NCBI GenBank assembly: GCA_044340535.1
Contig: JBIITJ010000001.1
Location: forward strand, 58,188-122,187
DNA: 64,000 nucleotides
Source of the DNA: Rhodoglobus sp.
GTDB taxonomy: Bacteria; Actinomycetota; Actinomycetes; Actinomycetales; Microbacteriaceae
Direction: 5' to 3'
The translations under genes and the position numbers were made by a program. Shown here piece after piece: positions 30,083-38,653 of this stretch (its first letter is position 1; each line of letters starts with the position of its first letter). The notes under the pieces are model-generated. The model made no database searches. It was not told where the DNA came from and worked only from the letters and a program-made list of their open reading frames with translations.

Positions 30083-30363
30083 GGTCTCCCCTCGATTGAC
30101 CGGAACGGCACCCGCTCGGCTGTCGAGTCCTGCTGTCGATACTATCGCGCTGACTGCACCCGTCTGTGTCGAGACCGTGCCAATGAGGCTGTGGCCGGAG
30201 GCGTAGGGACGACTTTTGCTGTGCAGATCAATGTCGTAACCGTGCCAGGTATTGAGGAGGAGAGCGCGTCGGTGATCCGGGGCACTCAGAGGGAGGCCAT
30301 GGAACACCGACTGCCAAGCACGGTCGAAACCAGGGCCCCCTCCAGCTCGGGCTACTCCGCCGA

Positions 30364-31155
30364 CTAGACCGGTTCGGCGTTCTCAGGGTATTCGGGCAGT
30401 TCACCGAACGACAGGATGGTGGCCCCCGCCCGCTCATTGGTGAGACCGTAGTCGTCCCACGCGAAGACTTTGCCGACGTTGCGCTTCTGGCGGTAGTCGA
30501 GCAGCAGGCAGGCGGAGATCGGGCGGAACTCCACCCACCCCAGGAAGTAGAGGTCCTCGGCGATCTTGTAGTAGACGGCCTCGTCGGCCTGGGCACTGCC
30601 CCCGCGGTTCTTCCCCTTCAGCAGCTGCCACCCGACGACCTGGGTCGAGAAGTAGAAGTGCTCGAGAATGTGGTCATCCTCGTAGGCAACGACGGCACGC
30701 TTTCCGATGAGGTCGCGGGTGGGTGCGAAAGGCACGGTATCGGCTGTCGCGAGACCCTCGATCAGGGCCGCCTCCGTCCAGACTCGCATGTTGGGCGCGC
30801 CATCGCGTTCGCCGAGCAGTGACGCGAACCATAGTGCGGCCCCGGAGGCCAGGTCGAGGACGCCCGAGATGGATGCCTTCTCATCCAGTGACCACGTATC
30901 GAAGAACACCACGCCCTCGCGCATCTCGGCGAAGTCGACGACTGCACCACTGATGGTCGTCACACCGGCGTCGGTCGTGAATGTCCAATCGGCCGTGTCG
31001 GCGGTCAGGACCGTGATCGTGACGTGGCCGCCCTCAGTGCCGCTGAGGTCGAACGTGCGGCCAGCAAAGTCGAGGTCGTTGACGACGCGGTGGCCGTCCC
31101 ATCCGGTGCGGAGGTTGACGGGCTGGGGCGCTGGATTTGATTCGAAGAAGCGCAT
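30364..31155 (-). CDS. MoaF-like protein (paralogue B)
   Basis: 263 aa. The two-domain layout and blocks DLIGKRAVVAYEDDHILEH and DLYFLGWVEFRP match my recollection of MoaF N and C domains. Not HMM-verified. Confidence 0.5.
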   Translation of the reverse strand: MRFFESNPAPQPVNLRTGWDGHRVVNDLDFAGRTFDLSGTEGGHVTITVLTADTADWTFTTDAGVTTISGAVVDFAEMREGVVFFDTWSLDEKASISGVLDLASGAALWFASLLGERDGAPNMRVWTEAALIEGLATADTVPFAPTRDLIGKRAVVAYEDDHILEHFYFSTQVVGWQLLKGKNRGGSAQADEAVYYKIAEDLYFLGWVEFRPISACLLLDYRQKRNVGKVFAWDDYGLTNERAGATILSFGELPEYPENAEPV

Positions 31156-31940
31156 CAGACGGGCATCGCATCGGCGGGGTAATCGATGGTCTCCCCGTAG
31201 CTGAGGATGGTGGCGCCAGCTGGCTCATTGGTGAGGCCCAGGTCGTCCCACGCGAAGATCTTGCCCACATTGCGCATGGCCGCGTAGTCCATCACGAGGC
31301 CGGCCGTGACCGGACGGAACTCGACCCAGCCAATGAAGTACAGGTCATCGGCGAGCTTGTAGGTGACCGAGAGGTCAGCCTGGGCGCCGCCAGCGCGGTT
31401 CTTGCCCTTCAGCAGCTGCCAGCCGAACACGGTCGTCGAGAAGTAGACATGCTCGAGGATGTGGTCGTCTTCGTAGGCGACAATCGCCCGCTTGCCAATG
31501 AGGTCGCGGCTCTCTGCGAACAGCTCGGTCCCCGCTGCCGCAACGGCGTCAACGAGGCCGGGCTCATAGGACGAGATCATGTTCGCTGCGCCATCACGCT
31601 CGCTGACGCGTGCACGATAGATGATCGCCTGGCCGGCGTCGTTGATGACGAGGCTCAGGGATGTCTTCGACTCGGGGTCAATCGTGTCGATCCAGAGGAC
31701 GTCATCGCGCACCCGTTGCACGTCCACCCAGGCACCGGCGACAGCCAGGACGCCGTCGGGGTATGTCCACGACCAGTCGGCGCTGTCGGCGCCGATGGTG
31801 ATAGCGACTGTGCCGCCGCTCTCGCCGGTCACCGCGAAGCTGCGCCCGGCAAGGTCGACCGCGGTGGTGGTGCGGTGCCCCTCCCATCCGGTTCGGAGGT
31901 TGGTCGGCTGGGGGCCGGGATTGGACTCGATGGTGTGCAT
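31155..31940 (-). CDS. MoaF-like protein (paralogue A)
   Basis: 261 aa from ATG 31940 (GAAGGAAAG upstream). Collinear with the downstream paralogue, and the C-terminal halves are very similar. TGATG stop/start overlap at 31155. Confidence 0.5.
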   Translation of the reverse strand: MHTIESNPGPQPTNLRTGWEGHRTTTAVDLAGRSFAVTGESGGTVAITIGADSADWSWTYPDGVLAVAGAWVDVQRVRDDVLWIDTIDPESKTSLSLVINDAGQAIIYRARVSERDGAANMISSYEPGLVDAVAAAGTELFAESRDLIGKRAIVAYEDDHILEHVYFSTTVFGWQLLKGKNRAGGAQADLSVTYKLADDLYFIGWVEFRPVTAGLVMDYAAMRNVGKIFAWDDLGLTNEPAGATILSYGETIDYPADAMPV

Positions 31941-31959
31941 AACTGCTTTCCTTCTGTTG

Positions 31960-32970
31960 TTAGCGTGCGGTATTGAAGTAGTGGCTGGGGTCGTCCTGCG
32001 GGACAGCGGACCAGGAAGCGCCCGCGTCGACGTGCTGGTCTGCCCAGAGCGGATCGAGCAACTGCGTGATCTGCTCCGCTCCGACGGACTCCAGCAGGGC
32101 CACGGCCCCGAGATTGTCCTCAAGTTGAGCGACCGTGCGCGCACCAACGAGCACGGTCGCGGTCCGGGGGTCGGCGAGTGGGTAGGCGATACCCAGGCGC
32201 GCGACGCTCGTGTCGAGCTGCCGCGCGACGGCCGCAAGCGACTCGCGCATGTCGACGATGTGCTGCTGGATGCCGCCGACATCCATCGCGATTATCCGCG
32301 ACGTGGTAGTGCCGAACAGCAGGCCGCCCTCAAAAACGTCCGACGCCTGGATGCCCATCCCTGTGCGGGCGAGGAGCGTGCGCATGGGTTCGCCCGCTGC
32401 GACCGACCTGCGGTAGATGCTGTATTTGAGCTGGGCGCCGACGGGTGGCTGGATGCCCGCGGCGACGGCATCATCGTAGAGTCGGCCGATCTCGTCTGCC
32501 GACCAGTTGCTGACGCCCCAGTGCGCGACGAGTCCCCGCGAGAGCAAGGATTCGACCTCGTTGAGCACGAGGTGCCACGACGACGGCGGCACCATGACAT
32601 CACCGAGCATCACCAGGTCGGCGTGGTCGGTCCCGTGGCGTCGCAGCGCCTGCTCGACCTGCTGCGTGAGCGTGATCGCACCCGGCTTGTTGGGCATCCA
32701 CCCTTTCACCGACAGCCGGTACTGGTCTCGCGAGAGCCCGGCCTCCTGCACCATCCGGCTGAAGATGATGTCGGTGGGGCTGTCGTATGGGTCGGCCGAG
32801 TTCAGCCCCTTGGAGCGGTAAACGGCGAGGTCGAAGGTGTCGAGCCCTCGATCGATCGCGAGTCGCAGCAGTGCCACCGCCTCCTCGAAGACGGCGCGGT
32901 CCCAGGTGTGCCAGCTGCCCAGTGAAATCGGCGAGACCGTGAGGCCGGTCGTGCCGAATGCGCGCCTCAT
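31960..32970 (-). CDS. Aldo/keto reductase
   Basis: 336 aa with AKR catalytic-type residues (FDLAVY, SVKGW, HWGVSNW). Confidence 0.75.
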   Translation of the reverse strand: MRRAFGTTGLTVSPISLGSWHTWDRAVFEEAVALLRLAIDRGLDTFDLAVYRSKGLNSADPYDSPTDIIFSRMVQEAGLSRDQYRLSVKGWMPNKPGAITLTQQVEQALRRHGTDHADLVMLGDVMVPPSSWHLVLNEVESLLSRGLVAHWGVSNWSADEIGRLYDDAVAAGIQPPVGAQLKYSIYRRSVAAGEPMRTLLARTGMGIQASDVFEGGLLFGTTTSRIIAMDVGGIQQHIVDMRESLAAVARQLDTSVARLGIAYPLADPRTATVLVGARTVAQLEDNLGAVALLESVGAEQITQLLDPLWADQHVDAGASWSAVPQDDPSHYFNTAR

Positions 32971-33812
32971 TCGATCTCCGTGGAGGCTGCTTCGGGGTGG
33001 TGCACTTCGTAGAGCCGCCTGACGAAGTGGCCGAGACGGGTCGACTGGTCCTGTTCGAGGAGGTCGCTGGCCTGGACGATGTCGATGAGCCGCCCCTCTT
33101 CCATGAAGACGATGCGGTCGGCCACGTCGCGGGCGAACTCGAGTTCGTGCGTGACGATCAGCATGGTCTTGCCCGATTCGTGGGCGAGACGACGGATGAC
33201 CGCCAGCACCTCACCAACGCGCTCCGGGTCGAGCGCACTCGTGGGCTCGTCGAAGAGCAGCACCTGCGGGTCCATGGCCAGTGCCCGGGCGATGGCGACC
33301 CGCTGTTGTTCGCCACCCGACAGGCTCGACGGGTACTTGGTGGCGAGGTGTCCGAGACCGACGAGATCGAGCAGTTCGAGGGCACGATGCTTCGCGGTGG
33401 CGGGGGCGACGCCGAGTACCCGGCGCGGGGCATCCGTGATGTTGTCGATCACAGACCGATGCTGGAACAGGTGGAACTGCTGGAAAACCATGCCCACCAA
33501 CTGTCGCTGCCTGGCCAGGGCTCTCGCGCTCAACGGCATCGCCTCCGAACCCCGCAGCTCATAGCCCATGAGTTCGTCGCCCACGAAGATCTCGCCAACG
33601 GTGGCGGTTTCGAGCCGATTGATGCAGCGCAGCAGGGTGCTCTTACCCGAGCCGCTCGGTCCGATTATCGCGACAACTTCGCCAGCGGCGATGTCGAACG
33701 TGACGTCGGTGAGCACTTCGCGCGTTCCGAACGTCTTGCCGACGTTGCGAATGGCAATGTCGCGGCCGCCATCGACTGCGGCGGCCTGCCGCGGGGTCTG
33801 GTCAGTAGGCAC
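32967..33812 (-). CDS. Polar amino acid ABC transporter ATP-binding protein
   Basis: Walker A GPSGSGKST, signature LSGGEQQRVAIARAL, Walker B LLFDEPTSALD. Confidence 0.85.
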   Translation of the reverse strand: MPTDQTPRQAAAVDGGRDIAIRNVGKTFGTREVLTDVTFDIAAGEVVAIIGPSGSGKSTLLRCINRLETATVGEIFVGDELMGYELRGSEAMPLSARALARQRQLVGMVFQQFHLFQHRSVIDNITDAPRRVLGVAPATAKHRALELLDLVGLGHLATKYPSSLSGGEQQRVAIARALAMDPQVLLFDEPTSALDPERVGEVLAVIRRLAHESGKTMLIVTHELEFARDVADRIVFMEEGRLIDIVQASDLLEQDQSTRLGHFVRRLYEVHHPEAASTEIE

Positions 33813-34656
33813 GGTTCATCCGTTTCTCGAGGCGGCCCTGCAGGATCGTGCCGACGACGGTCAGGACGAGGTACCAGATCGTCACGACGAGCAGCAGCGG
33901 GATGGTTTGGAAGTTCACGGCGTAGATTCGCTGGGCTGTGGTGAGCAACTCGGTGTAGCCGATGATCTGCACGAGTGCAGTGGCCTTGAGCATGCCGATG
34001 GCTTCGTTGCCGAGCCCGGGCACGATCACGCGGAATGCCTGGGGAAGGGTGACCCTGGCGAAGATCATGCCCGGCGGCATGCCGAGGGCGTTGGCAGCCT
34101 CGGACTGGCCCTTCGATACGGCGAGCAGCCCGCCCCGGATGATCTCCGACGTGTAAGCGGCCTCGCCGAACCCCAAGGCGATGATGGCGGCGGTAAAGGG
34201 GGTGATGACTTCGTTGGTATCCCAGCTGATGAACTGCGGGCCGCCGAGAGGCAGGCCGATCGAGAGGGTCGGCAGCAGGACGGCCGCGAAATAAACGAAG
34301 AGGATGAGCACTAGCAGGGGCACGCTGCGCATGAAGCCGACGTAGATCCAGGACACCGCTCGGAGCGTTGGGTCTTTCGCGGTCCGCATCAGCGCAAGGA
34401 CCACTCCGAGCACCACGGCGATGGCCATCGAGACGACGGTGAGGAGCAGGGTCTTGCCGACCCCCGCGAGTATTTCGGGGGAGAAGAGGTAGGAGGCGAC
34501 GGTGTCCCAACGAAGTGCATTGCTGCTTGAGAACACATCAATGACCAGGAGCACCACGTACGCGGCGAGCGCCGCGCTGACGATCCACGATGGACGAATC
34601 CGACGCTTGTACCGAATCGTCTCAGGGGCACCGACTGGTGTCTCGAGTGCGGGCAT
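33802..34656 (-). CDS. Polar amino acid ABC transporter permease (His/Glu/Gln/Arg/opine family)
   Basis: 284 aa, 5-6 TMs, EAA-type loop SEAANALGMPPGMIFARVTLPQA. Confidence 0.8.
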   Translation of the reverse strand: MPALETPVGAPETIRYKRRIRPSWIVSAALAAYVVLLVIDVFSSSNALRWDTVASYLFSPEILAGVGKTLLLTVVSMAIAVVLGVVLALMRTAKDPTLRAVSWIYVGFMRSVPLLVLILFVYFAAVLLPTLSIGLPLGGPQFISWDTNEVITPFTAAIIALGFGEAAYTSEIIRGGLLAVSKGQSEAANALGMPPGMIFARVTLPQAFRVIVPGLGNEAIGMLKATALVQIIGYTELLTTAQRIYAVNFQTIPLLLVVTIWYLVLTVVGTILQGRLEKRMNRAY

Positions 34657-34681
34657 CCGCCGCCTCCTTCTCTAGGGTGAA

Positions 34682-35536
34682 CTAAGCGACGAGTTCGCCG
34701 TTGACGGTGAGGCCCGGAACGAGGATGCTCGGGTCGACGTCGTAGCCTTCCAGGACCGCAGCGAGGCTGCCGTCTTCGAGTGCCGCTGCGACGCCTTCTT
34801 TCACGCGCTCGATCAGTTCGGTGTTCGAAACCGGAACCGCAACGCCCCACAGCGTCGTGCCCTCGATCGAGAGGACGTCTGCGTAGGTGTCGGGGTTCTC
34901 TTCCAGCAGCGAGCGCGACGAGAAACCGTCGGTCAGCGTGGCGTCGGCGCGGCCGGACTGCACGGCGAGGAAGGTCGCGGCCTGCTCGCCATACTCGTCA
35001 AGAACGATCGGCTCGAGCCCCTCTTCGACGCATGCGTCGCTCAGCGACTGGATGGCCACGGCTTCGCCCGAGGCCGTGGTGGTCGACAGCGTGAGGCCGC
35101 AGAGGTCGTCTTTGGTCTCGATGCCGACCTCGTTACCCTCCTGGGTGATGATCGAGTACACGGAGGTGAAGAGGTCGATAAAGGTGAACTCACCGCGACG
35201 GTCTTCAATGTCACCGAGGCCGACGATCATGTCGAGTCGACCGGAGATTGCTGCGGGCATGAGCGCTTCGAACGTGGATCCCTGCACGGTGACGTCGGCA
35301 CCCATCGCGGGCCCCCATCCTTCCGTGGCCAGGTCGGCGAGAATACCCATGCCTACGACACCGTCCGGGTCGCAGTAGGAGAGGTCGCCGCCGGCGCAGA
35401 ACATTCCTGCGGTGAGCGCGTCGCCCTCGGCTGCGGGTTCGGGTGAGCTGGTCGGATTGCCCGCGCAGGCGCTAAGCAGTAGTGCTGTGGTGGCCATGGT
35501 GATGCCACCGAAGAACGCTTTCGACTTCGTTTTCAT
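34682..35536 (-). CDS. ABC transporter substrate-binding lipoprotein (family 3 SBP)
   Basis: Lipobox LLSAC, family-3 SBP length and layout. First gene of the operon. Confidence 0.75.
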   Translation of the reverse strand: MKTKSKAFFGGITMATTALLLSACAGNPTSSPEPAAEGDALTAGMFCAGGDLSYCDPDGVVGMGILADLATEGWGPAMGADVTVQGSTFEALMPAAISGRLDMIVGLGDIEDRRGEFTFIDLFTSVYSIITQEGNEVGIETKDDLCGLTLSTTTASGEAVAIQSLSDACVEEGLEPIVLDEYGEQAATFLAVQSGRADATLTDGFSSRSLLEENPDTYADVLSIEGTTLWGVAVPVSNTELIERVKEGVAAALEDGSLAAVLEGYDVDPSILVPGLTVNGELVA

Positions 35537-35581
35537 TCGGACTCCTGGGGGAAGGGGGCTGGTGCGCTTCGTCAGATTATC

Positions 35582-35616
35582 GTCAACACATTGACAATCA
35601 ATGCGTTACATATAAT
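35582..35616 (+). promoter_or_regulatory. Candidate MarR operator and promoter in an AT-rich divergent spacer
   Basis: Palindrome GTCAAcacaTTGAC (35582-35595) overlaps TTGACA (35591-35596). TATAAT sits at 35611-35616. The spacing is only 14 nt, shorter than canonical. Confidence 0.35.
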
Positions 35617-35658
35617 CTTCACTAGCCTGAAACACCGGCGAAATGTGAGGCGAGCATC

Positions 35659-36237
35659 GTGAAACCTGCTCGCTCCGCGATGATGATTGGACGAAGAGTG
35701 CCCGACCACGAAGACGCCGAAGCACCCGAGTACTGGCACTTCATTTCCCAGACCGTCGAGACGGTCGCTGCTCGCCATCCGGAACTCGACACCGACAGCC
35801 TCCGCCGCGTGATGGAGCTTCTGACGGCCGCGGACGCGCTGCGGTACGACCTGAAGAGCGACCTGCGCGAAGCCTCTGGCATTGCGGCCCCACCCCTCAA
35901 CCTGATGAGCGCCCTCGACATCGAGGGCGAGATGACCCTGGCCCGGGCCGCGTCGCTCTCCAATATGAGCCGCGCGGCAGCATCAGCCCTGCTTGAGCGA
36001 CTGGTATCGGCGGGGTTCGCCGTCCGCCGTTCATCGCCGACGGACCGCAGGAGCATCCTCATCGACCTGACTGCGGCGGGGCGCGAGAGCGTGCAACGAT
36101 CCCGAGCGCACTACAACGCGCGGGAGCGGGAGTGGATGAGCGCGCTCACCGAGCAGGAACGCGACACCCTGAGCGAGCTCATCGGCAAACTCATGCGGCG
36201 CCACTTCGCCGATGAGAATGGCCACGCCCGGGGGTGA
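35659..36237 (+). CDS. MarR family transcriptional regulator
   Basis: Winged HTH LSNMSRAAASALLERLVSAGFAVRRSSPTDRRSILIDLTAAG. Divergent from the ABC/AKR/MoaF operon. Confidence 0.8.
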   Translation: MKPARSAMMIGRRVPDHEDAEAPEYWHFISQTVETVAARHPELDTDSLRRVMELLTAADALRYDLKSDLREASGIAAPPLNLMSALDIEGEMTLARAASLSNMSRAAASALLERLVSAGFAVRRSSPTDRRSILIDLTAAGRESVQRSRAHYNAREREWMSALTEQERDTLSELIGKLMRRHFADENGHARG

Positions 36238-36560
36238 CTGCGAGCTAGCGCCTTCGACGGGTGTCGAAGCTGCGAGTCACAGCTCAGACCAGCGCCTCGC
36301 CGCGTCAAACGGCGCCCGACCGTCAGCGTCGTTGTCCAGGTGTACGGAGACATCCTGGCCAGCCTGCATCGAGGCCGGCAGGCATTGTGGATTCACGAAT
36401 CCTTGTGGGCCGCGAAGAATCGTGCGATCGCCGGGTCGTCCAGGTGGCCATAAAGTTCAGCCACATCCTCGTAGACCTCGACGGCGCCTTCGCGCAGGAA
36501 GGATGCTCGATCCGTGCCTCCCGTGCGGTGGCCCGATGCATGACGATCGATCCGACATTC

Positions 36561-36770
36561 CCGCGAATCACTATTCATGACTTGAGACACACCGCGGCAT
36601 CCCTTGCCGTGTCATCGGGAGCGAACGTGAAGGCAGTCCAGCGGATGCTCGGGCACGCGTCCGCAGCGACGACCCTGGATGTCTACGCGGACCTGTTCGA
36701 TGACGACTTGGATGCCGTTGCCGAGGCGTTGGATCGCCACGCCGCTGAATCAGTTGTAGTCAAAATGTAG
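36561..36770 (+). pseudogene. C-terminal fragment of a tyrosine recombinase (phage-type integrase)
   Basis: Only the last ~70 aa are recognisable: ITIHDLRHTAAS (HxxR box), LGHASAATTLDVYADL (catalytic Tyr box). The upstream part of the ORF has no integrase similarity. The stretch is locally more AT-rich and sits 73 nt from the tRNA-Phe 3' end. Confidence 0.7.
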
Positions 36771-36843
36771 TCAGATCGACCCTGAGCGACTGGCTGAATC
36801 CGCGAGGATGGCCTCAAGTCCCTCGTATTTGCTGCCCATTCGA

Positions 36844-36919
36844 TGGTGGCTCCGACGGGCGTCGATCCCGTGACCTCACGATTTTCAGTCGTGCGCTCTA
36901 CCAACTGAGCTACAGAGCC
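36844..36919 (-). tRNA. tRNA-Phe (GAA), CCA encoded
   Basis: Cloverleaf folded by hand: acceptor GGCTCTG/CGGAGCC, anticodon arm CACGA-CTGAAAA-TCGTG, T arm ACGGG-ATCGACG-CCCGT. The T loop starts with A rather than T. Confidence 0.85.
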
Positions 36920-36983
36920 GGGAGGGGATGAACCCTTCCGTTACGCAAAAAGCCCCTCCTTGCGAAGAGGCCTTCCACGTTTG

Positions 36984-37057
36984 CGACCCTGACCGGACTT
37001 GAACCGGCGACCTCCGCCGTGACAGGGCGGCGCGCTAACCAACTGCGCTACAGGGCC
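36984..37057 (-). tRNA. tRNA-Asp (GTC)
   Basis: Acceptor GGCCCTG/CAGGGTC, anticodon arm CCGCC-CTGTCAC-GGCGG, T arm GCCGG-TTCAAGT-CCGGT. Confidence 0.9.
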
Positions 37058-37077
37058 TAGCTATTAACTTCTGTGTT

Positions 37078-37153
37078 TGGTGACCCCAACGGGATTCGAA
37101 CCCGTGCTGCCGCCGTGAAAGGGCGGTGTCCTAGGCCACTAAACGATGGGGCC
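37078..37153 (-). tRNA. tRNA-Glu (TTC), CCA encoded
   Basis: Acceptor GGCCCCA/TGGGGTC, anticodon arm CCGCC-CTTTCAC-GGCGG, T arm CACGGG-TTCGAAT-CCCGT. Confidence 0.9.
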
Positions 37154-37344
37154 TCGAAGTCACAGAACTTCTTAGCTACCGAGGGTCAAGCATAAGGGGG
37201 CGCTGGGGTTTTGCCAAACGGAGAGGAATGCGGGCGGAAACGGCGAAAGGGTGCGGATGTCCGCGGCATCCGGCACCACCGCGGGTAGTTTCAAGTGGTT
37301 ATTGAAGCTTGACCGCCCTGTTGCTACTGTTACGAATGTTAACA

Positions 37345-37377
37345 GTGTTGCCAACGTGACCGGTCACGAGGCAACAC
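37345..37377 (+). promoter_or_regulatory. 33-nt composite palindrome 14 nt upstream of the M23 peptidase start
   Basis: GTGTTGCC-aac-GTGACCGGTCAC-ga-GGCAACAC. The inner 12-mer is a perfect palindrome and the outer 8-mers are perfect complements. Confidence 0.4.
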
Positions 37378-37390
37378 GATTCGGGGAGCA

Positions 37391-38629
37391 ATGAGCACCA
37401 CATCCATTCGCGGGGGAGCAGACCGTTCACGTCTGCGCCCAGTCTGGCTGCGCACCGTCGCGATCACTGCCGCCCTCGTCGTCGGGATCACCGGCACAGT
37501 GGTCGCGTCCAACCAGCCCGCGTGGGCAGACGACTACGCCACCTGGGCTGACGTCAACGCGGCGCGCAACGACGTTGCCGCCGCCGAAGCTCTGATCAGG
37601 ACGATCGAAGCCCAGCTCGCATCGCTGAAGGCCAATGCCGAGCGCACCGCCCAGGATGCCGCCGACAAGAGCAACATCTGGATGGAAGCCGACCAGAAGT
37701 TCCAGGCCGCCGCGAGCCGTGCCGACACGCTCCAGGCCCAGGCCGACGAAGCCAACGCGCTCGCCGTAGTCTCCGAGCGACGGGCCGGCCAGATGGCCGC
37801 GCAGATGATGCGCAGCGGTTCTCAGGATGTCACCACCAACCTTCTGCTGAACGCCGGCGAGGCCGACGACCTGCTCTACGGGCTCGGCATGTCCGGCAAG
37901 ATCACGGTGCAGGCCGACTCCATCTTCGCCCGGGCGATCTTCGACCAGAACACCGCGCAGGCGCAGACCGATGCGGCCGATATCGCCAAGACCGAACTCG
38001 AGGCGCTGAAGATCGCCGCCGAAGCCGCATTCGTCGAAGCGCAGGCCGCATCGCTGGCCGCCGCCGCCGCCCTCGAGGAGCAGCTCAACCGGCAAAACGA
38101 GCTCAACCAGCAGCTCGTCGTGCTGCGTGAGAAGCGCACTGCCACCGAGGCCGACTACCTGGCGGGCGTGCGCGAGAGATACGCCCGTGCGAGCCTCGAG
38201 GCCGGGCAGATCAGTGACAGCGGGTGGGTGCAGCCCGCGCGCGGTTACATCAGTTCCACGTACGGCGGGCGCGACCTGCGGGGCTCATACAACTTCCACA
38301 CCGGTACCGACATCGCCAACGCCTGCGGGACGAACATCTTCGCGGCCTCCAGCGGCACGGTCACCATCTCCACGGGTGGCTGGAACGGCGGGTACGGCAA
38401 CTACATCGTGATCGACCACGGCAACGGCATCAGCACCGCTTACGGCCACATCCTCGACGGCGGGCGTCTCGTCTCTGCCGGCGAGCGCGTCGACGTGGGC
38501 CAGAACATCGCCAAGGTCGGCACCACCGGCAACTCGACCGGCTGCCACCTGCACTTCGAGGTGCGCAGCAACGGGCGTTCACAGGACGCCCAGCCCTACA
38601 TGCGCGCGCAAGGGGTGCCGCTTGGCTGA
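37391..38629 (+). CDS. Secreted coiled-coil M23 (LytM-type) peptidoglycan metalloendopeptidase
   Basis: Signal peptide, a ~210-aa Ala/Gln/Glu-rich coiled coil, and an M23 domain with HTGTD (HxxxD) and HLHFE (HxH). Confidence 0.85.
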   Translation: MSTTSIRGGADRSRLRPVWLRTVAITAALVVGITGTVVASNQPAWADDYATWADVNAARNDVAAAEALIRTIEAQLASLKANAERTAQDAADKSNIWMEADQKFQAAASRADTLQAQADEANALAVVSERRAGQMAAQMMRSGSQDVTTNLLLNAGEADDLLYGLGMSGKITVQADSIFARAIFDQNTAQAQTDAADIAKTELEALKIAAEAAFVEAQAASLAAAAALEEQLNRQNELNQQLVVLREKRTATEADYLAGVRERYARASLEAGQISDSGWVQPARGYISSTYGGRDLRGSYNFHTGTDIANACGTNIFAASSGTVTISTGGWNGGYGNYIVIDHGNGISTAYGHILDGGRLVSAGERVDVGQNIAKVGTTGNSTGCHLHFEVRSNGRSQDAQPYMRAQGVPLG

Positions 38630-38653
38630 TCGCCTCGAGGGTTCGGAGCGGTA

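Noticed and set aside
30083-30363. Cobalamin or NiCo riboswitch in the NiCoT leader
   Set aside because: On the minus strand I find GCCACAG but no GGGAA/GGUG..AAUCC context of a B12 element and no czcD-type core. I treat it as an unexplained leader.
36393-36590. 65-aa ORF on the minus strand, with a protein-like C-terminal stretch (AVEVYEDVAELYGHLDDPAIARFF)
   Set aside because: It may be a gene fragment from the decayed element. It has no recognisable family or credible start, and it overlaps the integrase stub, so it was not called.
36683-36904. 73-aa ORF on the minus strand
   Set aside because: It overlaps tRNA-Phe and the integrase stub and has no coding features.
37154-37390. Possible ydaO (c-di-AMP) riboswitch upstream of the cell-wall hydrolase genes
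   Set aside because: The conserved core strings I remember (GGGGAnCC, GGGGUGAAUC, CAGCUAACCUCGUAAGCG near the 3' end) are absent. Only a weak AGCUACCGAGG match occurs, and it is at the wrong end. A cmscan would settle it.
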